A stretch of DNA of 64,000 bases from the NCBI GenBank assembly GCA_951406725.2, contig OX597815.1, positions 201,934,001-201,998,000 of the forward strand, given 5' to 3'. Below, piece by piece: positions 28,428 through 42,730 of the stretch. Source of the DNA: Octopus vulgaris (taxonomy: Eukaryota). The position numbers and the translations under genes are program-made. Below the pieces are notes generated by a model that ran no database searches, was not told where the DNA came from, and was given only the letters and a program-made list of their open reading frames with translations. Each line of letters begins with the position of its first letter. The first letter of the stretch is position 1.

Positions 28428-29556
28428 TATACATATATATACATATATATAATATATATATACATGCATATATACACGCATTTACCTATATATCTACATC
28501 TCTGTGCCTCTCTATCTATCTAATTTTTTATCCATCTATCCGTATTTCCGTCCATTTCTTTCTCTCTTTCTTTCTCTCTCTCTCTCTCTCTCTCCACACA
28601 CACACATATAGCATGTTTTCATAATGCTCTGTTTTTGAGATTCCCGGCTGATGCGTGATGAAAAGATTTATCACACTGGCTACATTTGTCTGCATTACTG
28701 ATGTGTTTATAGTTGAAGAGAGTATATTATTTTTATTTATATTCTACAATTGAACTACTACAAGTCATTATTCGAATACGCTATACTTTTACAAAATTAA
28801 ATAGCTACGATATTGCATTACTAAGTATTATAACTGCCCTGTACTTTAAACTATGATGGGATTAGCATTCAGGAACGTCTGATCTGATTGGTAGGAATTT
28901 CGGTGGTTCCCAATTTGTTTTATTACAACATATGTATGCAATAATTGCCTAAACAAAGTACACGATTTAAAAGTTTATTCTTAAGATCATGTTATTTTTC
29001 CATGTGTAACAGTGTAACACATTTCAAATGTTCTTGATAAATTTTTACGCACATATTTTAGATGATGATGCTAAAACGCCCTCCGCCAGAAAGAATTACA
29101 ATTAACACACATGTGTGCGTTTGAATTTTACATTTGTAATTGGAGGCATGTGAAAATACTTGTATGCTAGCTTCTAGCACGCCATGTCTATTTAGCAGTT
29201 ATAATTCTATTCTATTGTAAAATGCACATCTATATCACAGAGATTTGTGATTTATTGCTCTGATTTATGACATTTGTATAATATGTAAAATGTTGTAGAA
29301 ATGCCACGCACACAGAATACAAAGACAGCTATATCGAAATGTCATATAGCATTCAATATATAATAAATAACTGGTATTTATTTACACACACGCACAGACA
29401 CATGCGCACACACATATCCACACGCACACAAAGGAACGCACACATATTAAATGCAAGACTGTGCATCTCTCTCTCTCTCTCTCTGTCTATCTATCTACGT
29501 ATCTATATACCTATGTATCTATATCTATCTAACTATCTATCTATCTGTCTATCTAT

Positions 29557-29627
<71 letters not shown>

Positions 29628-30258
29628 GTGCATGATTGTGCTTGCAAGCATGTAAATGTATAAATGTGTAAATCCACGCGCACACATCAATATATATATA
29701 TACACATGCATGTATATATAACCGTGTGTGTGTTTGTCTGTATGTATGCATGTCCGTCTGTCTGACTCTATGCCTTTCTCTATGTATGTATATATATATG
29801 TATGTGTGTGTATGTATGTATGTATGTATGTATGTATATATGTATGCATGCATGTATGCGACATTCTTTTGAAATAATATTACTTTGAAATAAAACATAC
29901 ATTCCAAAATCATTTTACTCCTTGGATAGTTTAGAATATATTAATTACCTAGGTTATACGTTTTTTAAAATTTAATTATATTAAAACGCGTACATATTCT
30001 TGTTTGTAAAACATAAAAAATCTCTATACAATATTTCATAGAAATGCCGCAATGTATTTACAAAAGAACGCCCTATATGCAGCTATCTAGATAAAGTATT
30101 ACTCTGACTGAAGTGGTAGCGTATGCCAGCTTTCTAATTATATTGAAGATTTTTTTATAAAACTCATTAAGACGGATGTTACCATAGATCTCAAAGAACA
30201 AAATCCCAACTTATGTTTGTCCCTCTCTCTCCTTTTCTCTCTCTATGTATGTATGTAT

Positions 30259-30324
<66 letters not shown>

Positions 30325-30341
30325 ATGTATATATATATACA

Positions 30342-30375
<34 letters not shown>

Positions 30376-30399
30376 TGTATATATATATATATGTGTGTG

Positions 30400-30590
30400 T
30401 GACCGCGTGTGTAAGGTTGGCGATTTTCTCCACTGTCTTCCCTTCCTTGTATCTTTCCTTTTTCTAGATTTCTTACGAAGAACTCCGCTCGAAACGTTAA
30501 ATCTTCCTTCGTTCTTTCGTTTCCTGAGCATCCAATAACACTATACTTGTTCCACATCCTCGTGTTATTGTGTTTTCTTGTTTTGATTAA
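30400..30590 (+). mobile_element. HHR-bearing element, H1-related subfamily (mutated HHR 30466-30504)
   Basis: AGATTT CTTACGA A GAAC TCC GCTC GAAA CG TT AAATCT; tail abuts (TA)n. Confidence 0.65.
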
Positions 30591-30859
30591 ATATATATAT
30601 ATATATATTTAATTTATTTATTTATTTAAATAAAAATTAAAATAAAATTAAAATAAAAAATATATATATATAAAAAATTTTTTTAATAAATTAATAATTT
30701 TTATTTTTAACTTTAAATTTGAACATTTAAAATTTTAAATATTGTACTTTATATATATTATATATATTTTGTATATTATATTAATTATTTTTATTTCTAT
30801 GTTTTGGTTTATGTTTTTCACTGTTTGATTTGCCTAATAGTGGTTTTATTTCTAATTTA

Positions 30860-30904
<45 letters not shown>

Positions 30905-30905
<1 letters not shown>

Positions 30906-31380
30906 GTAGATCCATTATTTAGGCAGAATGGTATACTTATAAGATTACAATACCTTGTGAGTAAGCTCCAATAGTATTTAATATTGGTCTTTCCAAGCAT
31001 AGAATTTGTACATAGTTTTATTGAATCGAGGGTCTTATTTAACACTGTATACAAACTCTATACTTAGTATGACCAATTTTAAATATTATTGGAACTTACT
31101 CACAAGATATTTGAATCTTATACGAATACCATTCTGCCTCAATAATGGATATACAAATCCAATATCCCTGTATATCTCATTTCTATTTTAATCACTCCAC
31201 TTCACTCTCTATTGTATATCTTATTTTATCTACTGCTTAACTATTTTCTCACGACGGCTCCGATGAAGGGATATATAAAATATCCCGGAAACAACTGTAA
31301 CACCTTCTATTTGTAAATGTCCTAAAATCTTTCAAAGCCTTGGATTTTTATATCAATCTGAAATTTTTTTCCTATATATA
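30905..31380 (+). mobile_element. Old PLE 3' remnant with inverted 5' arm and HHR (family H3; HHR ~31256-31304)
   Basis: Imperfect inverted repeat 30912-31020 / 31041-31150; CCGATGA A GGGATAT ATAAA ATATCCC G GAAA CAACTG TA; (TA)n on the left, short TA run on the right. Confidence 0.6.
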
Positions 31381-31560
31381 CACATACTGATATATGACCT
31401 ACTTTGGACTCCACATTCGCATAATCACCGAGACCGAAGCTTAGCTATGATCTGTCCATCGCATTTACTGAGCATTACCTGTCACCTTTGGGTTTTATTG
31501 ACACCATTACCTCTCATAACCTCTCTCTCTCTCTCTCACTAAGTGTGTGTGTGTGTGTGC

Positions 31561-31671
<111 letters not shown>

Positions 31672-31672
31672 C

Positions 31673-32081
<409 letters not shown>

Positions 32082-32121
32082 TATGTACATATAAATATTT
32101 ATATATTCAAACATATATATA

Positions 32122-32165
<44 letters not shown>

Positions 32166-32175
<10 letters not shown>

Positions 32176-32487
32176 TATTAGAGACAAAACCACTATTTTG
32201 CAAAACAAACAAGGAAAGACTTAATCAATACATAACATTTTATGAAACTGACTTATTGGAAGTCCACCTGAAGATTGTCGATCAAGACAAGAAACAATTG
32301 TAGTGGCGGTTTTTTTTACTATTTATTAAAATTTTATGTTTTGATTAAGTCTTTCCTTGTTTGTTTTGCAAAATAGTGGTTTTGTCTCTAATAATATTTT
32401 ATAATATTTTACTATAAAATTGGATTTAATCCTAAATCTGATTTTTTCCCTGTAAATTTGGATTTATTCCCTAATATTTATTATTAT
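32166..32487 (+). mobile_element. Miniature PLE-type insertion: inverted arm, HHR and tail (family H4)
   Basis: Inverted repeat ~32166-32242 / 32328-32404 encloses the HHR; extra 3' tail to 32487; (TA)n on both sides. Confidence 0.75.
32264..32306 (+). ncRNA. Canonical-core minimal type I hammerhead ribozyme
   Basis: CCAC CTGAAGA TTGTC GATCAA GACAA GAAA CAATTG TA GTGG: 4-bp stem I, 5-bp stem II, palindromic stem III. Confidence 0.85.
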
Positions 32488-33465
32488 ATATATATATATA
32501 TGTAGGTATGTATGTATTTTCATCTGCTTGTGTATATATTATGATAGTATGCTTTAATCATCTACATATCACTGGATATTTTTGTACAAGTGTCCAGATT
32601 ATCATTCCCTATTGCGTTTTCACAGTAGTATTCAAATAGGTAGACAGAAACATGAGCTGTATATTACTAGAAAATATCACGAAACCAATTATTTTTATCT
32701 CGGAAACATTTAAGTGGGTATACATCTTTTTCGCGTGGTTACAAAGTATTTGTTATGTCGTTTGTATTCTAACAAGACGATCACAAGCAAAATATATTGA
32801 TAGAAACAAGTTTATTCCTGCGTATGGTAGATAGTGTACAAACACACAATAAACGACAGAAGGAATTATAGAAAAGAAGAAAAGCGACACATGTCTATAT
32901 TTCTGAGAGGAGGTATTTATATATTATGTATTAGACAGAGCGGTAGTCACATCTTGATTGTTGCTTTCACTGATATATTAATTCCTCATTTCAGAAATAT
33001 AGAATTGTATTATCCAATCGGCCCGGTGCCGATATAAAATATCTGAGGAAATTTACAAGTCTTAACACTTCATTCAGACACTGCCTACGAGCATAGCGTA
33101 ATGAATAAATGTACTGAAATGCAATGCAGTAGCCTTAAGTTTCTGAGTTCAATCTCAAGCGAGGCACTGAGGGTGATTCACAAGACACCTGAACTGGAGT
33201 GTATATTGCCAAAATATAGGACACCTCTACGAAGAATTCATAGTTAAGGAGACATGACTCGTACATATTTATATTAGTAAGTTAATAGCAAGATAGATAT
33301 CAAGGAGATTTGCAGACGCTACTTTCAGTGAAATTAGCCTGTACACGATGCTTCTAGTTTACAGTAGCTGTATGATATACGGCACACACCACGCTCTGTC
33401 ATTGTCAAATGAGTATGGTCAACATAAATGCTTTGTGTGTGCAACAGACTCACGTCAATTGAAAA

Positions 33466-33468
33466 TTA

Positions 33469-33537
<69 letters not shown>

Positions 33538-33568
33538 GATGTAGTAGTAGTAGTAGTAGTAGTAGTAG
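33466..33568. repeat. (ATT)n followed by (GTA)n microsatellite
   Basis: Directly visible. Confidence 0.95.
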
Positions 33569-33627
33569 GTAGACCCGTGAAAAATTCGCGGAAAACAAAA
33601 AATGTACGCATCTGTAAACACTGTAGT

Positions 33628-33805
33628 GGTGCCATGAGAAATGCTTGTATTTTAAAATTGTCTGTCTTTACGTTCTGAGTTCCAATTCTGCAGAGGCCGA
33701 CTGCGCCTTTCGTCCTTTCGGCGCCGATAAATTAAGTACCAGTTGTATACTGGTGTCGATCTAATCAACTGGGCCCTTCCCCACAAAAATTTCAGGCCTA
33801 GGAAA
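33628..33805 (+). mobile_element. SINE family B, 5'-degraded
   Basis: GTCTGTCTTTACGTTCTGAGTTC...GCCTTTCGTCCTTTCGG..GATAAATTAAGTACCAG. Confidence 0.7.
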
Positions 33806-33979
33806 GTATATTGTGACAGTTACAGAATATCAAAAGTAATGTAACACCATGACTATATAATCCAACCAAAACATCTCAGTTACACAAACGTAAACGTAAT
33901 TACTATTTAACCATAAAATATATTGTAAGTATTCAAAGAACATTCTTGGTTTAGTGGTACGGAACGTTTTTCTGGTATT

Positions 33980-34322
<343 letters not shown>

Positions 34323-35191
34323 AAGGCAGTGGTGATGCTGGCCTGTGCGATTTTCTGGTTTGCTGGTATGCTGAGGAAGATTCAACGGGCCCATAAGTGG
34401 TTCCCTGATCTTCAAGGTTTTATATGGATGTGTAATGATGACACACCAATCAACGAGCCAGAAATTCTAACTTAAAAAGATAACGTTGTAATCCGAAGCC
34501 AAAAGATGTTTTTTTAGCTGAAGTGTAATTTTGTAATGAAAACAAATTCAAAATTTTACTTTTGGAACAAAGCACCACGGTTTTTGATGTATGGCTGCAG
34601 TTGAAATGGGTTAAAAGAAATGTGTGTGTGTGTGTGTGTGTGTGGTTTAGCCTTTAGTAGCAGTTTTAGGTCACACGCAGAAAGAAATTCAAAATGGCGA
34701 CACGCACAATCATATATATGCAAACATACACATACACAAAAACATACCAAGAGAGAGAGGCAGACAGACAGTGTCAGATAGTCCACAACGAAATCTTCAC
34801 CTCTCTTTCTCTCTCTCTCTCACTCTCTTTCTCCCTCTCTCTGTCTCTCTCTCTCTCTCACTCTCTCTCTCTCTTTCTCTCTTCCTGCCTGTTTTTCGGT
34901 CCCGTTACCCTTTGCTCCACCGTGAAAGATTGTTTTTACGCTGAAGACTGTGAACATTTTCCGTTTTGGTTGTCGAGACCACTTCTTTTCTGCTGTTACA
35001 ACAGAATTTTGCTGTTGTTTCCCCTTTGTTTCAAGGGGGAAACAGCTAAAAACATGAATTTGCCACCACTTTCTTTCGCGTTCGAGGTAAACTTTGAAAT
35101 TTTGTTTCAAGGCATAGAGAGAAGTATGAGGGAGGAGAGCGGTAAAGATATATAGGCGTCGCACGCGCTCGCTACAAAGGCAGACGATAAA

Positions 35192-36080
35192 ATGTCTAGC
35201 GAAGCTACACAAAGGGAAAAGGCAAGAGTTAATTTTGCGAGTGCAGCAACTCGCTCCTATGAAAATATTGAAATAGGCAAAGACGATTAAAAAAATATCA
35301 AAGTTTACTACAAAAGGAAGGGGAAAAGGTGAAGTTGCTCACTCCCAGTGAATTAATCAACACGACGGAGAGAAAAACAGTGATATATAAGACTTACCAC
35401 GTCAAAAATAGAGAAATTCACTACGTGACGAGGGAAGCCATAGAGAAATGGTTGACGCTGATATGGCAACAAACAAGTTATATAGTGAGGATTAGTGGCT
35501 TCGGCACTGTAGAGGTACATTTCCCTAGCGAAGAAAAAGCCAGGGAACATTCAACAATGATGTAGTTCTCCTGACGACTTACTTAGGAAGGAGAACTTCA
35601 AAAGTCAGGGTCAGTGATATACCACCCGGAATAGATGTGGCCTGGCTGGTAGCCGCTATCCTCATGGGCAGAGAGGAAAAATTGCTATTCTACAGAGGAA
35701 GAGATACCACCACTAACTGGGTCAGACAAGCCTTGCAGCTCGTCGTTCAAGTGAACCCCATCGATTTAGAAGAAATTCCCAGCTCAATTATAATTGGGGA
35801 AGATACCAGCCTGATGGTAGTAGTCGAGGGGTGAAAACCGAGGTGCGATAAATGTGGCGAGAAAAGCCACATAAGATCAAACTGTAAGAAGAAAGATATA
35901 GTCAAAGGAAACGCAGCAGAAAAAGTAAGCACGCCAGCGAAGAAAACGACCACACCGCTAGAAATAGCAGCCACGTCGCGCGCACAAATTAACGAAGTAC
36001 AGCGGGAGAAAATAAAAAACAGCAAAAAAAAACAACAACCAGGAATGGGTCACTGTGGAACCTTCAAAAAGAAGACGGTA
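35192..36080 (+). pseudogene. Decayed gag-like ORF1 of a non-LTR retrotransposon
   Basis: MSSEATQREKARVNFASAA start, VRVSDIPP, and a CCHC knuckle PRCDKCGEKSHIRSNC at ~35836-35886; several stops. Confidence 0.6.
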
Positions 36081-36804
36081 ACGAAATGACCCATCCCTCT
36101 TCGGATACACAGGACTATGCTCCGTGAGAGACAAGCACACCCACAAATAAAGCCACAAACACACACGTAGCAAAAAAAAAATACACACACTAAAAAAAGC
36201 ACACACAAACACACAGACACCTACCATAAGCACACACACACCTACAAACACCCACGCATCTACACTCACACATACACACACACATAACCTTCCACAATCG
36301 CTTAATAAAAAAAGAGAAATAACTTCTTGGCGATAAACAAAAATAACAAATTCTTAAGAGACCAAATCGTTTTAATGAAGTCGGCGAAAAAATATATCGC
36401 AACAGATTTAAATAATACAATTCCTGCAAATGTCGAGATTTATATCGTCGGCAACACAGACAATTTCGAACTAAAAATAATCTTTTGTGGAGGACGTAGG
36501 CCGTTACAGATATACAGGCAATTCTCTAAAAAAAAAAAGAAATAAATAACCTCTAAACCACAACACTTACAGACAGAAAAGAGGAGGATGAATCTACACC
36601 TTGTCTCCCAGCAGATCTTTGGGTTCACTTTTGTTTGTGAGGGTGGGATATGTGGCAATTGTTTGTTTACAGAAGGTTTAAAGGTGAATGATTCTGGGAA
36701 TAATGTGGTAAGAGTTGTTCTTGGTAAACTTCTTAGGATGAGATGTTGGTCAACCTATTGCTGGGTTGTAACGTTGAAGGACTGTGGGCATGGTGACAGT
36801 AGGC

Positions 36805-38566
36805 TTAATGGTTACAAAATTACCCGAAAACGAAATAAAAAAGGAAATAGTGCAACGAGTGTCCAAAAATATGTAGGAAACGAATATGAAAACGAAAATA
36901 TGCACAAGGCAACGTGGGTGGAGAGGACTTCGAAAAATTCACAAGATCCGTGTTTTACCCTCATAACTTTTAGGAAAATGGGATTTCTAAAATTAAATTT
37001 TATATAAATATCTTTCAAACGGCATAGATTACGATTATAAAGAAATTTGTGGTGAAAATCTTGGGGTGGGTAGAGGACTTTCGGAAATTCACAAGTTCCA
37101 AGTATTTCCCTCGTAATTTTAAGAAAACGGATATACTTTAATGAAATTGCATATAAATACTTTTTAAACGGTTTGCATTACGGATGTCGAATGTGCAGCA
37201 AAACCTCTTATTTTCGTTCGAAATAAAGGGAATGGAGAAACCGGAATTATTGGAAAATATTCTTTTTTTCGATGAATGAATGACGTTGACGTAATATGCC
37301 AGAATCTGCAATCTGGGATTAATATATCCAGTGATTTTTAACATGTATGTAAAAGATATTTTGTTTTAATTTTATATTTTTATTTGTTTCACACACACAA
37401 ACACTAACTATTTTGTCTTATTCTTTCTCTCCTGTCCCGACTTCGTTACCACTAATTCTTATAACCTCAGCAATTTCACTTATTCTTTTCAAACTTGTTT
37501 GAATTTTCAGTCTAATATAATCTACAATTTTCAATCCAATATAATTCACAATTGTGCGAAATGTTATCTCAAAATATGGGGAAAAAAGGAGCTAATTCAA
37601 TTTCGCACTTCATCTTCAAAAATGCGTTTTTTTGAAAGAAACATTTCTTCGGATTCCTAGATATGATAAAGGTACACTTGCAAAAAAAATTTATGAAATT
37701 TTAAATAATGAAACAGCCCCGTTTTCCGGACAAAAAAGTGTTTTGTAACATATTAGTTCACCATAATTCATTCATCGAAAAAAGAAAAACAACATTTTCC
37801 AATAATTCCCGAACAAAAATAAGAGGTTTACCACATGTTAGGCATCCTTTTACTTTTTGGTTATCTCCCTTCCATTAAAAAATTGCCATTGAAAAATTGG
37901 ATTATCTCCCCTCTAAAATTTATGTGGCGACAAGAGATTGAATTAAAAGGGTTAGATCCTTTCCATTTAATACTTCACCATATTGGCCTCTTTTGGCCTT
38001 TTCAATAGGCATGGTATGATTTGTTATAAAAATGGTATTAGATTCAAGAAGATGCTTGATCATTTCGGTTTAGTAATCTGAATTTTTTTTTGTTTTATTG
38101 AGGGTAAAACAATTTTTTTTTTTAGTTGGGAGGGATAACCCATTTTTTTAATGGGGATGAGATATCAAAAAGTACGGGCATCCGTAAAGCATGTCATTTG
38201 AAAGATATATAAAATTTCATTAAAAGATATTTATTCTCCTCAAATGTTTTGGGCGGAAAACTCGGATCTTGTGAATTTTCCGAAGTCCTCTCCTCACCCC
38301 CTCGGAAAAGATTTTACCAAGGAATTTTTTTATAACCGTAATGTATGACGTTTGAAAGGTATTTATATAAAATTTTATTAAAAAAATTTTCTAAAAGTTA
38401 TGAGGGAAAAACTCGGATCTTGTGAATTTTCAGAAGTCCTCTCCCCACCCCACCCCGTTGCTTTGCAAGCATTTTTGTTTCTATATTTGTTTCCTATGCA
38501 ATTTTGTTTACACCCGTTGCACTATGTTTTTTAAATTTCGTTTCCGGTTATATTGTAAACATTAAC
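36805..38566. mobile_element. Foldback/MITE-like non-autonomous DNA element with long modular TIRs
   Basis: ~36805-37190 is an imperfect inverted copy of ~38170-38566; each arm contains the module GAGAGGACTTC..AAATTCACAAGATCCG twice. Confidence 0.7.
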
Positions 38567-38574
38567 TGATAGCG

Positions 38575-38750
38575 GCTGATGGTGACGATGGTGATGGCTA
38601 CGGCGCTACCATCGATAATAATGGCGGTGGTGCTACTGGTGGTGACGATGGTGATGGCAGCGATGTTGCTTGTGGTGATGATGATGGTGATGACCGTGGT
38701 GTTGTTGGTGATGATAATGATGACGGTAGTGATGTTGCTGGTGATGGGCA
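38575..38750. repeat. Degenerate (GGT/GAT)n trinucleotide repeat
   Basis: Directly visible. Confidence 0.85.
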
Positions 38751-38787
38751 TGAAGAATTAGTTGTCAGGAACATCATGGAGTGATAA

Positions 38788-39020
38788 GGAGGCGAGCTGG
38801 CAGAGACGTTAGCACGCCGGGCGAAATACGTAGCCGTATTTCGTCTGTCCTTACGTTCTGAGTTCAAATTCCGCCGAGGTCGACTTTGTCTTTCATCCTT
38901 TCGGGGTCGATTAAATAAGTGCCAGTTAGGCACTGGGGTTGATATAATCGACTTAATAACTATGTCTGTCCTTGTTTGTCCCCTCTGTGTTTAGCCCCTT
39001 GTGCGTAATAAAGGAATAGA
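38788..39020 (+). mobile_element. SINE family B, full length with TSD
   Basis: Family B consensus; 12-bp TSD ATCATGGAGTGA at 38773-38784 and 39023-39034. Confidence 0.9.
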
Positions 39021-39870
39021 TAATCATGGAGTGAGTAGATTTTGGTATAGTTAACAGTTAAGTAGCGGTACATTGTTTTCGTTTAGTAGAATCGACAGAT
39101 ATTAAATAGATTATTGTAAGATACTACGTAACGAGGTGGTAGGATTTCAAAATATGCTCTAATTTAGATTCCACTTGTTTAGTTGTTCGATTGTCACAAA
39201 GTGGCACAATTTTAGAAGGAACGTCACTGAAGCATGACGCTTGTTTGTTGACTTATTGTAAATAGCCAAGCAAGCTGTTTAATATAATAGCAATCTTACA
39301 CTCTGACCAGTGAAGTTTTTTAGGGCTAATTTACACATGGTGATAGTTGTTGCTGACTTTCATTTCTTTGGTTTGCTAGTCAATAATTGTTTTGTTTTTT
39401 TCCTCTATGTGATGGAGTTTTGTGAAATTATGTGATAGTTTACTTTGTATAATCTTGCGTATGTGACCGTTAGTTTTAAAGAGATATACGAGTGAAAATC
39501 ACGGTGAAGTTGCTGTAAAGTGATTTTATTCTGTTTATGTCTCTTTTCCTTCACTCTTTTTGCTTGTCAATAATTTAGGTGGTATATATCTTTTTCTGTA
39601 TATGATGGAGAAAAGATAATCTGGAAAGCGAAATGTGTTTGAGTTTTACAAAATTTTGTGATAGTTTGATATGTATAAACTTGTATTTTTGGCCGTTAGT
39701 TTTTAACAGAGATATGCGAGTGAAAAGGCGTGTGTAAATTCTGAGTGCTCAAAGAAATTAATAAAATCACAGGATGCATGTGTACGTGCATGCATCATTC
39801 ATAAAAGCACAGGAGGAATTTACACTGTACACACGAGAAATTACTTATTTTTCCACAGGTTATTACAGGT

Positions 39871-40256
39871 AGGAGGTGCAATGGCCCAGTGGTTAGGGCA
39901 GCGGACTCGTGGTCATAGGATCGCGGTTTCGATTCCCAGACCGGGCGTTGTGAGTGTTTATTTGAGCGAAAACACCTAAAGAAAGCTGCACGAGCCTCCG
40001 GCAGGGGATGGTGGTAATCCCTGCTGTACTCTTTCACCACAACTTTCTCTCACTCTTACTTCCTGTTTCTGTTGTACCTGTGTTTCAAAGGGTCGGCCTT
40101 GTCACTCTCTGTGTCACGCTGAATATCCCCGAGAACTACGTTAAGGGCGCACGTGTCTGTGGAGTGCTCAGCCACTTACACGTTCATTTCACGAGCAGGC
40201 TGTTCCGTTGATTCGGATCAACCGGAACCCTCATCGTCGTAACCGACGGAGTGCAA
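39871..40256 (+). mobile_element. tRNA-derived SINE, family C, full length
   Basis: A box TGGCCCAGTGG and B box GGTTTCGATTCCC; near-identical to 55371-55750; TSD ATTACAGGT at 39862-39870 and 40263-40271. Confidence 0.9.
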
Positions 40257-40513
40257 AGCGAGATTACAGGTGCTATTGGTTAAATTTAATCTTTTGTTGA
40301 TCCCATATCGCAGCTTCCGCAAGAATTAAGAATTAAAAGTTTTGAAATATCTGAGTTGAGTTGGTTTCTGTTTCTTCAACTACTTACTAAGCAGAGCGAT
40401 GAAAAGACACGTCTGGTTGCCACGGCTCCCTCTCTCTATATATATATAAGAATGTTTGCGTAAGGAGATAAAAAAATAAGGCTGTGTAGATATTAGAACA
40501 TTTATAGATATAA

Positions 40514-40567
40514 GGTCTTACAGCTATTTCCAGGATATTGATTAATTATATCCCTTCATCGGAGATC
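40514..40567 (-). ncRNA. Hammerhead-like motif, family H3, in a PLE remnant ~40440-40750
   Basis: Minus strand GAUCU CCGAUGA A GGGAUAU AAUUAAUCA AUAUCCU G GAAA UAGCUG UA AGACC; homologous to 31256-31304; tail ends at a short (TA)n. Confidence 0.6.
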
Positions 40568-40806
40568 GTGTGAGGGGATGGTTAAATAATAGTTAATTTA
40601 GATAGCATACAAAAGAGAGAGTGCGGTGGAGGAAACAAAATAAATGTGAGATATGTAGGGATATTGAAGTTTTTTAGGTAGAATGTTATATAAGTAAGAT
40701 TCCGATACCTCAAATATGTGTAAATTAAAAATGGAACTTATAATCTTTACTTAACATAAATTCTATATATAAAATTCACATGTATATGTCTATAAGTTTA
40801 TCAAGT

Positions 40807-41030
40807 GGAGGCACATGACCCAGTGGTTAGAGCAGCGGACTCGCTGTCGAGGGATCGCGAGTTCGAATCTCAGACCGGACGATGTGTGTGTTTTTGAGCG
40901 AAACACCTATGTTCCACGCTGCTCCGGCAGAAAGTAATGGCGAACGTCTACTGACTCTTTCGCCACAACTTTCTCTCATAAATGGCGGTGCCCCAGCATG
41001 GCCACGGCTCGTGAGCTGAAACTAGATGAA
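40807..41030 (+). mobile_element. SINE with family C-like head and CR1-like tail
   Basis: tRNA-like head; ends GGCGGTGCCCCAGCATGGCCACGGCTCGTGAGCTGAAACTA. Confidence 0.8.
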
Positions 41031-41148
41031 ATAATAACTTGTAGCTGTCTTGTTTTCCTTACATTTTATTTTTCTTTAATAGTTTGAGCTGTTCCCCGTA
41101 GCTTGGTTATGTGCTCTATCTTATTGAAAACAATCAATTTAGTAGAAA

Positions 41149-41545
41149 CTAGCAGTATCGCCCGGCGTTGCTCGGGTTTGTAAGGGAAATAACTATATCA
41201 GCATTTTTAGAGAGTTTTAGCCAAAAATAGCAAAAAATGCTTTAAAAAATGGAAAAAAAATTACGGTAATTTTTTTTTTAAATTGTTGACTCATCGTAGA
41301 CATTTTTAGAGAGTTACTTCCCTTATATAATAGCGAAAAATGCATTAAAATGGAAAAAAATTATGGTAATTTTTTTTTTTAAATCGTAGACTCATCGTAG
41401 ACGTGCGCTAATACCCAGAAGGGCTCGATATGAATCACGACTATAAGATACCCGGTTTTGGTTAAACTGCACCGCAAAATGTGGGAGTAGTTAGGAATCT
41501 AAATCGTAGGAGACAGACATACAACTTCTCTTTTATATATAAAGA
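41149..41545 (-). mobile_element. Non-autonomous Helitron
   Basis: Minus strand starts A|TCTTTATATATAAAAG and ends with hairpin CCCGAGCAACGCCGGG then CTAG|T. Confidence 0.8.
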
Positions 41546-42730
41546 TTAATTATTTTTCCTATATCTTCTTTGAAACATATTCTGCAGATTAGTTTCTTTT
41601 TTTAATCACCGATTATTTTCTGTTTTTTTTTGCTTTTGTTTTTTTGCCACATTCTAGTTCTCGCTATTTTTGTATGGTCTCATTTTTGTAATATATTAAC
41701 CATTGTTTACCATTCAAAGATATAGTTTTTTTGTTCTGAGTTTTACACATTTTCCTATTCGCTCCACTTGTGTCACCTTTGACAAAAATCTCTCAATTTA
41801 TTATAATCCTTCTGCATATGCAAAACAGAATATCCCGGAGCATAGTGGCAGTCGTCCTCTCTGCATTATTTCTTTGCTTATACCACGTATTCCTCTTCTA
41901 TTTGTTTGATGATACTCACATTATTTCCAGTATTTAAAGATTCCAAAAACAGTCGTGTCTCTACATATATTCTTGTAGTTTATTTTGGGGATTCAAGTGC
42001 AAAGTTTTTAATCATTAATTTTAACTGTTGCTTAATGTGTGTGTATGTATATATGTATATATGTATCTATGTATATATATATATATATTGTATTTCACAC
42101 AATTTAATGATATGGGTAACCCCCTCAGATTTGTTTTTATTACGTAGAGCCGAATCAATTGTCTTTCGCCGAAATTCGTCTTATCTACCGCTAAGATTTT
42201 TCTTCTCTATTTCCTTCTGTGAAGATTTCTCTGGTACTACCCTTGACATGGGTGAATTTGCCATCGTCATATTAAAATTTGTTGTAGTTCTGAATAAGAC
42301 TTAGATTTTAGGTTCTCAAGTATATGTTGTTTCTGTTATTGGCTTATATTCTTCGTAACTGCAACTTCCCTAAACACACAGAACTGTGTAGGGTTAGTGT
42401 TCTAAATATAACAGAGAAAACTATTCTTATTTAAAAAAATGAAGATTAGATTTATTGTTCCCAGGGAAATCAAATGTTTTAGCCACACCCTTATTGTATA
42501 CAAGAGTTCGTTCAATTTTCTTAACGATGTTTTCTTATATTCATCAAGCAATAAAGATACCAATCACGAGCATCTATTAATATACTGGCTATTAATACAC
42601 AGGCTTTTAAAGAATTCACAGAGTGTTGTGGCGTACTCTATCATCGAGCAAGTTGCACGGTATGTATTGAATTTAACTACTTCTTTTCTAAAATGTAGCA
42701 TTTCTATGAGTCTGGTAAGATGATCTATGA

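Noticed and set aside
38548-38933. Hydrophobic or Ser/Pro-rich ORFs
   Set aside because: Degenerate trinucleotide repeat plus a SINE.
39871-39950. tRNA-like sequences here and at 40807, 55371, ~53790-53860, ~14410-14481
   Set aside because: They are SINE heads continuing into repeat bodies, some with TSDs; no complete cloverleaf is evident.
41550-42420. Possible second L1-like RT remnant on the minus strand
   Set aside because: Motif traces are too degraded to call.
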